Assembly: GCA_965153455.1 (NCBI GenBank)
Contig: OZ234493.1
Span: forward strand, 19,768,213-19,832,212
Direction of reading: 5' to 3'
Origin: Sphagnum compactum
Taxonomy: Eukaryota
Length of the DNA: 64,000 nucleotides
Positions within the stretch are counted from its first letter, which is position 1. The number at the start of each line of letters is the position of its first letter. The notes under the pieces are model-generated. The model saw nothing but the letters and a program-made list of their open reading frames with translations. It was not told the DNA's origin and ran no database searches. The translations under genes and the position numbers were made by a program. Shown here piece after piece: positions 1-16,193 of this stretch.

Positions 1-275
1 AGCTTCTGGCCAAGGTGCCAAAAGTGGGCATCATGCAGAAGGTACTGCCAGAGGTACCTAAAGAACATGGCTTGTCTTTCTTTGTTGGCAATGTGTATCT
101 CTCTGGTAGTCATGTCAACACTCAATAGGAACAACTGTTGATGTCTGAATCAAGTTTTTGGTGCACATGCTGGTGCACTGGGGGTGTGTGTATGCATGCA
201 CATATGTGCATGCATTGTTGTTCTGCTGAATATTAATTTCTGTTCACTCTATGTTGTATTTTTGCTGTTCAGCAG

Positions 276-3200
276 ATCTGGCAATGTCTCCACTGGAAGG
301 GCTGTTGTTCAGTTTTGGAGTGGATGTTGGGGTCATGTCTGTGACCGACAAAAACAGAGTTGAGGTTGAGAGATTGAGCCAGCTGCTGAAGGAGGCACAG
401 TGTCAAGTGGAGGATTTGAAAAAAGAGCTTGGAAGAAGGGGAGGTTGTATGCCTGAGGAGAATGAAAGGGCTAAGAAGGTCCAGGCTCCAGTGTTGGTAA
501 GTAGACTAGAGCTCTACAAGTCACATTATGAATGTCTTTCTGGGAAGTCAGGGAAGATGGTTGCCTGGAAAAGGACAACCCATAAGATGCTTGCATGGGT
601 ATTGAGCTTCTTGGAAGAGTACTGAAAGTAACTTGATTAGCTGAGTTGAAATGGATCTGATGAAGGTTTTGGGCTTTGTTGGTGAAACTTCCCCTTTATC
701 CAGGCAGTCGATGATGTGACGGACAGACCTCCAGTTGGCGAAGAAGCTGGAAGGACACAACCAACAACACTGGCAGTCACTGGCCAAGTTGATGGAAGGA
801 ACTCTGCACATAGAGGAGATGCTCATGATGAAATGCTCAGTGAAGACCATGAGTCCATTAGGAGTGTTGTCACTATGACTAGCTCATTGTTGCAAGGGGA
901 CCAGATGGCTGAACTTGAAGCTGAACTTGAGGCTGAACTGGATCAGTTGACAGGTGGTGACTCAGTAGTCCTCCAGCAGCAGATCTCTGTCTTTGATGAG
1001 GTAATATATACGTTCCTTGTACATGTAGCCCTTTTGGTTTTCCTGGCTCATTTTCATCTTTCTTTTATATTCACCTAACAGGATGTGGTTGCAGCTGCTG
1101 TCCTCTGCAAGTTTTTGGCTTTTGAGAAGTTTGTCAAGAGAGTACCTAGTGCACTATCTGACATGACAGGCAATTGGTGCAATCAGTTGCCTTTGGATGG
1201 TGTTCACATCCTGCACGGGGACCTTGCTTTTGACTGGCTTACATGTGCAGACAGAGGAGGAAATTGATGATGATGATTATTCAGCCCCTGCAGAACGAGT
1301 CCATATGAACAATTATGCCGTATCTCCACGGGAGCTCACACGGTTGCTTCTTAAGCTTCAGGTGAAACACAATAGTTCTGAATACCTCAGCCACTGACAT
1401 TGTTGGGGTCTCTAAACACTGGGCTTTCAGATAGGTTTTTGGAGTATTGCATTTATTGTGACAGGTGTATGTCTGTCTTATTAACTAACTAAACAGAGAA
1501 CACCAGACATCCCGAATTTTTTTCAACTAAACTGGCATAAATATGGGGGTATTAGAATGTTGACCCCCCAAAAAAATCTGTGACAGGCAACCCGACAAGA
1601 AGAGCTCATCACAGAGCTGGAGGAGGAGCTAGAAACAGCACAGACTCAGTTAAAAGACAAAGAGAAGGAGTTGGAGATGTGGAAAGATTGCGTGCGACGA
1701 CTTACTGAAGTCTCTCTTGTGCCTGCTTTCGCAGGTATTCAGCTTGTCCTCTTTGCAGGCCCCCAGGTTATCCTGATTGACCTTTGGAGCAAGGTTTTGG
1801 GGCCATTGGGTTGTTTTAGTTACTTAACTAGGCTTTTGCATTTTGTAGGTGATGAAACCTTGGCCGCACGAACTCCCACTGGTGCAACACCCATAACTCG
1901 CAGTGACAGAGATGTTGAGGTGACGGCAGCTGTGAGGAGCAGCCTGGTCTCTGAGGACCAAGAAAGCTACCACTTTTCTCTACCGAATTCAGGCAAATCA
2001 AGTAGCTTTTCATTATCAGAGTTGTCAGGAAAGAGGGCAACAAATTTGCGAGGTGGGATGGAGAACAAACCCCATAAAGATACTGCTGACCAGGTATATT
2101 CCCTTCAACATCTTTGTCCTTTGTGGTGTACTCAGAGACTCTGCAGATTCGTAATTTTCTGTTTTGCTGTATTGTAATGCTGAATTCTTACACTGTCTTC
2201 TGATGTATATGTGATTTTCTCTTTTACAGGATCATGGGGAATCTTTGAGAGAGGCCACCTCACACAGTGAGAACCAATGGGCAAGTGATGATGTTTGTGA
2301 TGAGTTCCTTCGGGTTATGTCTGATGGTGGTGTTGTTGAAGTAGTGCCACAAAAGGAGAAAGCTGTGCCATCATCATCCAGCACGGACTGCAAGTTGATA
2401 ATTGAGGACTGTGAGATTGAGAAGTTGCTCATCGACTCTGTTCAGGATCTCAAAGAACCAATAGCAGCTGAAAGCTCTGTCGTGGGTAGTAATACACCAA
2501 GTGTGTATGATTATTCTAGTAGAGTCTCAATGGAAGATGGGTGGGACAATCTTCCCAACACAGATGTGGGTGGTGTTGCTGCCTGGCATGTCAAATTGTT
2601 GGCACCACATCCTACCAGAAGGAGCTCGTTCAGTGGGCATGAGTCCAAAAGTAAACAAAGCAAGGAGAAGGAGGAGGAGGAGGAAAAGGAGGGATCTCAG
2701 TGGCATAGTGAGAAACTGGACTGGTCATCTACTGCCTTTGTGGAATGTTCCAGGGCTGTTGACTCATCAAAGATAGCCTCTGAGATACCCGACGGAGGCC
2801 TGGTCATGGACTACAAATCAAGCGACACACCATGTTCAGTCAAATACATCGACATGAGTGCAAAGCCTGCACATGATGATGTTGTAAACTCAGCTGAGTA
2901 CGGAGATAGCGATGGGCTCTGTTGTGCAGTAGGATCAAAATCTCCAAGTCATGAGGCAAGGGAACAGTTCCTCAAGACTCCTAGGAGGGTGGTTGAGCCA
3001 GAGCAGCAGCAGCAGCACAGTCTCTATGTCATCAAGAGAAATACTGTGGAGCTGAGCCCAACAGTACTTGACAAAATCGCCCACTGGGAGGGCTTAATGA
3101 TGGAAGGTGAGACTCCAGGGCCGATTATGGGATCAGATTGGGAGTGCCAGTCACGTGCATCTGAGTTGGAACAACCACAGTGCACCACCCTTGACTCTTC

Positions 3201-4069
3201 CTACGAGGATGGTGACGTTTTTGGTGAAGATGACCTGGTGTTGGAGGCAGAGGAAATGTTTGGACAGATGTTGATCACTCAGATTGTTGAGAAAACCAGG
3301 CGTGGATCCCACATAGTAAAGAATGCCCAAACGATGCTTGCCACATTTGAGAAGGATGAAATAGGAAATGTGGCAGTAGATACATGCTCCTCGCAAATGC
3401 CATGGATGGATGGAAGAACGGGAGAGCTAGGTGGGGTACCCCATCAGTTGGCAAAGCCTACACAACCTCACGATGACAATCCAGCAAGTCCAGAGACAGG
3501 CGCAACCACTGCTGCTGAACGAGAAACTGTGCAAGCAGAATATGACTTATTGGGCCGATTGACATTGCGAACAAAAGACAAAAGAGTGCCAGAAGGTCTG
3601 AAGGATAGGACTGGAAAGGAACCCAGCTACATGATGAGATTAGACATGGAGCAGATTCCAGTATTGGACTTGGGTGAAAACTCTCAATTTGTGCAAGGTA
3701 AATCCCTTGTTTCTCTGTCCATGGTGATTTTGTCCATCCCAAAGGTTGAAACATTTGTTTTGATGCAGTGGTCTATTTACTTTACGGGAGTATGAAGACA
3801 CTTGTTCAACATGACTTTCATTGTCTCCAGATTCTGCTTCTGTGTTTTCTGCAGGGAGTGAATCTTATGGTGTTAGGGATGTGGTTCTACATGACATTTT
3901 GTGTGGGAGTCAATCAACAGTGGGGAGTTCAAGAGACACCCGTCTGAGAGGAACAACTGATGTTAACAAGAGTGAGATTCGGCTTTCACATAGAGATGTG
4001 CATAGAGAGGTGTATGGAGGCAGTGGGTTACACAGAGAAGATGAAGTTCGCACTCGTAGGCGTTTATGA
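276..4069 (+). CDS. POLAR-like coiled-coil scaffold protein, 5'-partial (start lies upstream of the window)
   Basis: Phase-consistent GT-AG exons: 276-496, 704-1000, 1251-1361, 1587-1734, 1849-2093, 2230-3697, 3855-4069(TGA). Motifs recalled from the POLAR-like family: LFSFGVDVGVM..EVERLSQLLKE, MAELEAELEAELDQL, YAVSPRELTRLL..RQEELITELEEELE..KEKELEMWKD and LITQIVEKTRRGSHIVKNAQ. Confidence 0.75.
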
Positions 4070-6505
4070 AGGTGGGTTGCAGTTTCTGTGCATGTTTTCC
4101 AGTTGTACAAACTCATAGGTCATCAACAACAGTGTGTAATTTTTTATGTCTTTCTGGTGCCATCTATGGTTAATGTATTTCACAACAGTTTTTGGCACAA
4201 ACTGGGAAGTAAGTAAGTCCCTGCACTTTTGGAATTTTTCTCCAATCTTGAGCCAAGTACAGTTTAGTAGCTGTTTTTTTCCATTTTATTCAAGGTGGGA
4301 TGGAAGTTTCAGGTCCGCTCTCTTTTGACAACAGATCATCGATTGCAACCCATTCCTTTGAGTCTAAATGGATGCATCTGTGGCATTGTCTGGACATGCA
4401 TGCATCTACCATGTTGCATGGAACTAGTGAGTTGCTAACTAGCTGCAGGAGTCACCATTTTTGAATGTTTCTTCTGCCTATGATGATCATGATGATGCAC
4501 ATAAGACACTGAACGAAATGGCCTATGTAATTGCAGGTACCTTACAAATTTACCAGCAAGGAAGTCAAGATTTGGGATGGCTGGGACTCTAATGATAAAC
4601 TCTCACTAGTATGTTCCAAAGCCTCTACACATTATAATATTATGGCTGAGATCTTGTTTGTGATCTGTACCATAGAGAACAAGCTAACTTGGGTATTGTT
4701 CACAATTGAAAATTGTCTCCAATTACAACCGAGGGGGCACAGCCCAAGTCATTTTGACTTGGCTGAGAGACATGGTCGGGACATACATACATACATTAGT
4801 TCCCACAACAAATGCCATACATTTGTCTTTTCTGGTGTCCTGATACAATTCTTAAGAATGTAACAAATTTCTCTCCTCCATTTTCCCCTCCTATAAAGTT
4901 TTTGCTTTCTCATGGGTTTTAACAACTTTCTCTCCTCCATCCTCCTATAGATTTGATGCTTGCTCAACGTGTGTAACAAGATTTCCAAAGGGAAGAGCTA
5001 TTGTGAGTTTGTTGTTGAAAATCATATCCACCACCTTGTGATCCATTCCACAGTGCCTAAAGGTTAAGAATCAATTACAGCCTAGAACTTTCATCACACA
5101 TACACAATGCCATCTGCTTCGAAAGCAAAGTGTGCATTATGCAAGTGTGTCATTTCAATGTACATCTTGATGTTGCTAAACAATGTTGTATAAAAAGATT
5201 CAGTTTGAATTCAAGCTTAATGTTTGTCATTTTCTTGAGCTTCATTCTGAGGCATTGAATACGGAGGTCAGTTGTCTAGTCCACTCCAATTGTCTACTTC
5301 CAGAGAAGGCGGAAATGAGTATTCATGAATTAATTATACAAAATTCTTGATGTAGGAAAATTGAAAATCATAAATCATAAATAAGTATATCAAAGGTTAA
5401 ATTTCAGAAACTCGCTTTTTGAATTTTAAGAAAAAGAAATAATAATAATAATAATAATATTGAAAACTACAAGTTCATCCAAAAATGAAAGGGGGCAAAA
5501 CGAAAAAGAAAAAAGAAAAGTGAGAAACGAAAGTGATGAAAATGGCGCCAAACGGATGAAAGCGCGCGCCACCCAATTTCTCGTATTTTGCTGCGACTGC
5601 GCGCCTTCCCTTCCACTAAATTTGCACTCTGAAATCGGCGGCGTCTGGCAACGTTTCTCGCAGCTCCTACGACGAGTTCGCGTCCCCGGTTCGTCGTCTC
5701 TACACAAAGCAAGATGATGGCTTTCTTGCTTGCTTGCTTGCTTGCTTCTGGGATGTTGTGATTGAATTTTACACAAAGATTCAGTTTTTTTTTTCCCCGC
5801 CGCTATTTCTATTGTAGAATTTTTCTGGTAGCTGCATTTCTGCAAGCTTGCTGTTGCTGCATGGCCATGGCGTAGTAGTAGCTGTGGACGTCTTGCGTGA
5901 TTTGTTTGATTCAGAGGCGGACGGAAGGATGGACTGTTTTTTGCGATGATGATGGTCACGACGCGCGCGCGAGAGAGAGAGCAGAAGCTGAATCCGTCTC
6001 GAATGTGTAACAGTAATGGTGGCAGTGCTGGCAGCGGCTTTGGGATCGGTTTGCATGCTGTTGGCAAGGAGCAGCAAAAGCCTGCATGCATGTTTTCATA
6101 GCTGTTTGTGAAGCCAGAGTATTCGTTAGGACTGCAGCTGCTTCTTTAGGATCAATTCCAGGAGAGTTGGTTGTTGGGGTCACGCTTAATTCCATGCATC
6201 TGGGTTCGACTGAATTTCCTTCAGGATCAGAGGCTGGTAGAGTTCCGGGGCATTTGTCCAGACACGAGTGTCTATACTACTATGGTGTCAGGATGCGAGG
6301 ATTCTCCCGTGTTACAGTAGTAGATCAGTTGGCAAGCAGATCCAGATCAATTTTCTACTTCACAGGGAGCTGCATCTTCGAGTACAGCAATCTCTGCAGG
6401 TTGGCGCAAGAATAGATAGATGTAAGAGAGAATTGTTCTCCTCAGCCTGGAGTCTAGATCGGGAGATTCAGAGCTGCATAGTGGGGACCACCTGGGTAAG
6501 GAACA

Positions 6506-10990
<4,485 letters not shown>

Positions 10991-11817
10991 AAAAAAATAC
11001 AAAACCAATAGTGGAAGAAGCTGGTGTTGCTTGCTTGCTCACTCATTCCAAACGTGGTCTATGACATAAAATTTGCTTTGAATCTTGTTGATACCGCACA
11101 GCAATAGCGATTATTATTATTTAAAACACACGAAGACGAGCCTTGAGTTTTGACGAGGTTTTTAGCACATTGATTTGGATAAAACCCAAATGCCCATTGC
11201 ATATTTGTTTGCTCCAAGTTTTGAGTCATAGAATACTCAAGGAGTGCATTCTTCTAACTAGTAGTAGTACATCCGTTTTTGCATAATGAAATTGCTACTA
11301 TGTAAAGTGGCAAGGAAGAAACCCACGTGCAAAACAGATTGCTGAAAGTAATTCAAGATGATAATGACACAAGATGTGTGTCTCCTCATTTGTGTTACTA
11401 GGATCTCCTGACATTTTTAGTTTGGATTTCGAGATCCCGCAGGCAGGTGGGAAAAAAATGTGATACATTTTAGTAGTGTGAATTTGGATCATATGATGAA
11501 TTTTTTTTTTGCTTCAATCTATTCATGAAAAGCAGTGTAATGGTCTGCTACATTAGAGTGAGTTTCCCTTTCTTTGCTCATGGCTGCTCATCCCATTTTT
11601 TTGCTACTTGACAACTTGTCAATAGGTACCATTATTGGGCGGGTATTCGATTTTGTTAATAACCTCCGGTTCCATGTTTTAAGATTATTTCAGAATCAGA
11701 GTGCCACTGCCTCTGGGTTTTTGAAAAAAAAATCAGAATCAAAGAACTGTCTTTCTTTCTTTCTTTTCTTTTAATTTAACGTCAATACCCGGACCAGAGA
11801 GATCCATTTGACGACTA

Positions 11818-14800
11818 TTACCTAGTTGATTTGAGCAAAACACTCCTGTTGTCTAGGCAAGAAACTAAGTACAAAGCTACCGCTTTCTGAGTAGCCGAAT
11901 GCATCAATTCAGGCAGTAAGCTGCACGGTGTCAACTGTTTCCCTAGCTGTTGACCAAACTTGCAACGAATGTCATGGTGAGCTGGGCACACTAGCAACAG
12001 GTGGTCTTCATCCTCAACAGCTCCTAGGGAACACAGGCAACAAACCCTATCTCTCCTCGATACACTCTCAGGCTTTGCATGCCTGCCACACTCTACCTCC
12101 AAACGATGGTTTGAACATCTGAACCTTGACAAAGATTGCCTGAGCTGAACATTTGTGATCACTTGTAAATAACTCTGATGTGCATATGAGTACCCAGATT
12201 CTATTGTACAGCTCGTGTTCATTAGCTGGTATGTACGTAATCTGCTACTTCTGGCTCTGTCCTGTTCACCATAAGTGGATTCTAGATAAGAAGCCTGTGC
12301 ACTTGCTACAGCACACATGACATTAGTATAGAGAACCCCAACCCCTTGGTCGTCAAGCCACAACTGCACGTTCCGGAGCCAACACTGTTGGTTATCATTG
12401 AGCACACTGAGCATCTGGAGCTGGGTCTGGTAGGCACAGTACAACAGACAATCTGGTGTGGACTCCCGTAGTCTATCATAATACTTGAGAGTTTGTTGCC
12501 ACCAGAAATACTCCAATGGATACCTTCCAAACTCCCCCAACACAGCAAAAGTGCTTGTTGTTTTATTGACCCCTAATATTCCTCTCAGGAACATTCTATG
12601 TACTTGTTCTGCTTGTTGCAACCCTTTCGCCCCTGTACAACATGTCCACACCTCGCATGCATAGCTCAGTATTGGGCGTACCAGTGAGTCGAACAACTGA
12701 CACATTACTTCCGGATCTGTTATGCTCAGATCATTGCATCTGCAGCGTAATGCAAACAGTGCCTTCTTCCCAGCAGCAGTCAGTTTGTTTATGGCTACTG
12801 CCATGCCTCTTGTACTATGTAACTCTAAGCCCAGGTATCTGAATGATTGAACCCGCTCAATGGTTGTCCCTCTGTATGTGAATTCTGGCGCTGCACTGTG
12901 GCGTTTCTCAAACACCACCACCTTGGTCTTGCTCACATTGATGACCAATTGTCGTTCAACACAGAACTCAGACAGAGCATCTATTTGTTTCTGCAACCCT
13001 TGTGGGGTCTCTGACATCAATGCCAAATCATCTGCATACAGCAGTAATTTAACTACTATGTCTGCCACCTGTGGCGGGCTGTCGCCATCGAGTGCATTTA
13101 GATGCTTCTCAAGTCCATCAAGGTAGAGTCCAAAAAGCAGTGGGCTCAGTGGACAACCTTGTTTGACCCCAATGCCACATGAGAACCGCGCTAATAGCCC
13201 TTCTATTGGATGCATAATTCTGACGCTGTCTTGGCTGTACATGCTCTATAAACACTGCATGAAACGACCCACAATTCCCATCTCAGCCAGCACCTGCCAT
13301 AGCAGATCACGAGGCACTGTATCAAAAGCTTTGCGAAAGTCCACAAAACAACAATACGCCTTTTTGCGTTTGTGAGTGTTCTGTTCAATGAACGTTCACA
13401 AAATGTACAGGTTATCCGTGGTGCGGAAGTCTTTCCTAAAACCAGCCTGTCCCCTGGCACGTAGGCCCCTCTCTTCTGCCCAATTGCTCAACCGTGCCTC
13501 TAGAATCATGGCAAACACCTTAGCTAATACAGGAGCCACTGTGATTCCCCTGTAGTTCTCAAATTGCAAGGCATCACCACCCTTGTGCAATGCATGAATG
13601 ACTCCAGTAGACAGGCCTGCTGAATAACCTTGTTGCAACAACTTGTTGAACACAATCTGCAGTGGTACATGCAACATATCGCCAGCATCTAGCAGAAACT
13701 CTACTTTGATGCCATCTAAGCCAGCAGACTTGTTACGTTTGAGTCTCCTCACCACTTGCGCAATCTCATCTAAGGTTATGTCACAATTTAGTGTGCTGCA
13801 ATCATCACTTGCAAAAGGGTATGACAAGCTTGAGACCACTTGATCTGTAGAGCTACCCTGTCCCCCAGCTGTATTACTGGGGCATTATCCTTCCAGCAGC
13901 TTCTGGAAGCCAGCAACCAAGTCTGCTTTGCTGATAGCAACAGATCGCTCCTTGCTCTTGGAGTATTGCCTCCAAAAGCTGGCTGGATCTGTCTTTGTTA
14001 GTGCACACAACTATCGGCCTTGCAGCTTATTGTACGTGCGTTTCTTACGACGCAGTAGCTGTTTAAATTGCTTCTTCCGTTCGCGTGCTAGATGACTGTC
14101 AGGATGAAGCTTTACATATGCAGATACTTCCTTGTGCTTGCTGCAACATTCAGTATCAAACCATGGTTGATGACGATGTTGTGTCGTACTGGTGCGTGTC
14201 GCAGGGCAACCATGCACAGCCGAAGTGCGGTTACAAATGCAGTCATGCAACAACTGCACGGCCATGTCAACATTATCTGTGTCACTCATCTGTGTTGTGC
14301 ACTGGGCAATCTATTGCTGCAGGTGCTGATAATACTGTGTGCACTTGCTAGCATCATGTTTGAAACGACGAATGTCTGCACGTGATTCTAAAGTCGTTGA
14401 TGACACATGTTGCCAAGGTAACTGCGTTGAGTGAAAATGGCCTGTGGTCGGAATCACACCCTTTTCCACAGAATAGAGGGCATTTATGTACAACAAGTGA
14501 TGTGGCACAATCAAACAGAGCAAGTGATGCGACCATATAATCCACAAGGCTGGAGCCGCCATTGGCAAAGCAAGTGCACTCCCCTGATTCATCGCCTGTG
14601 ATCCTGCCATTGAGAATGAACAATCCCGAGGAGCGCCAAAGGTCTAAGAACTCATTGTGCCATCCTTTCAACCCCCCCTTGTCCGACTTATGTCGCTCAG
14701 GCAAAACCTCCGGGAAGTCAATCCCCAATGGCAACGTGTCAAGCATGTGATCTGCAAAGTAACGACAATCAACATAGTCGTCAGCTGCACTGGTCCTTGC

Positions 14801-15262
14801 ATTGAAATCACCAGTCAGTAAAATACTGCCCCCAAGATCCTGAATCATGCCGACCTCTGCAGCAATGTTATCAAACAAGCCTTCATCAACATATGGGGAC
14901 CCTTTGGATGGAGCATACACTACAGCCAAAAACAACGGTGCAGCCCCTGAGCGCTGGAACTGCAGCCACAACCTGGTGCCATCTGTGCTCTGTTTCCATA
15001 GGGATACACAGTCTGACCATGAGTCATTCACAAATACTACAACACCACCACTATGCTTCACTGCTGCTCTAACTAAGCTCATGTCAAATACAGGGCGTGG
15101 ACTGTGTAAACACTGAAAACCAGGCATATGCAGTGGTGTTTCATCAGGGAACAAGTGTGTTTCAGTCAGTGCAACAACATCTGAGTCATCAAACAGTCTC
15201 TGTATATGTGAACTGGTACTTAGTTTCGTGTTTGTCCCCCCATGGATGTTCCACAGGGAGAC
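11818..15262 (-). pseudogene. LINE ORF2 (APE endonuclease, reverse transcriptase, CCHC finger), frameshifted
   Basis: Fragments 14354-15262 (APE), 14011-14289, 13396-13839 and 11818-13242 (RT with YADD, CCHC) lie in shifting frames. Confidence 0.88.
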
Positions 15263-15289
15263 TCATAATGCTCTCTAGTCCCAGCACCC

Positions 15290-16193
15290 CTAGTGCTGAG
15301 CTATGACTTTGGTGTCATTGATGTAGAGGTCTGCGCCACGCCAGTAAGCTTTCTTCTTTTCCGCTTTGGCCTTCTCAAATAGATGCCATGATGCCTTCTT
15401 TTGCTCTTGCTATTGATTGGTCAAATCCTCTTCCAAGCCCCAATGGGTACCTTTCAGAGCTACACAGTTTTGACAGACAGCTTTTCTGTCCTCAGCTGTA
15501 GCAAAAGTAACAAGTACAGCTCGTGTGCGTACAGTCCCAGGCTTGGTCTTAGGTCTCCTGCTGATGGGTTGGCGCACTGCTACCACAACCTTGATGGCTA
15601 GCTTCATTTGTCCTTGTAGAACCTGACTATTGACTTTACCTAGCAGTCGCTGTGCTGTCTTGCCTTTTGTTTCGTCAAATCGTATGATACGTGCGCTGCA
15701 GGAGCGTGTGGAACGTTCCCTGGCCTTAGCTTGGCTAACAAAGTTGTCCATCTGTTTGCCCATCTTCTTCACAACGTCCACCCGCTTTCCCCCTGACTCT
15801 TCCACCACTTCTTTAACAAGTTGTTTTGTAACCTCATTGTCATGACTGGCAGTAGGGGCTGACTGTTGGGCTGCTGTGATACGTTCCAGAAAGTTGTTGG
15901 TGACCTGCTCAAAGATCTGTTGCGACTGTGCAATTTGTGCTTCGATCTTCTTTTGAGCACGTTCAAGCAGCGTGTTGAACTTGTCGTCATTGTCACTTTG
16001 TGCCTTCTGGCTTTTCTCAGACTTCACGTTAGGTGTTTCGAAAAAATGGTCAACAATTGCCAGATGTTGTTCTACCTTCGTTTTTCCTGACAGGCTGTAG
16101 AGCGCGCAAACGGCTTGGGCTTGCTTACCGTCGAGGCTCAGGACACACTTCAGACTGCGAGGGTGAAACTGTGAGGCGTCGTACTCGGCCATC
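15290..16193 (-). pseudogene. LINE ORF1 (coiled coil plus RRM-like region) with one premature stop
   Basis: ATG at 16193 (MAEYDASQ). Internal TAG at 15412-15410; the frame continues QEQKKASWHLFEKAKAEKKKAYWRGADLYINDTKVIAQH to TAG at 15292-15290. Confidence 0.75.

Noticed and set aside
5426-6415. 221-aa antisense ORF and 109-aa upstream ORF in the PERK promoter/leader
   Set aside because: No recognisable motifs; they run through microsatellites and a CpG-rich leader where chance ORFs are common. A regulatory uORF cannot be excluded without Ribo-seq.
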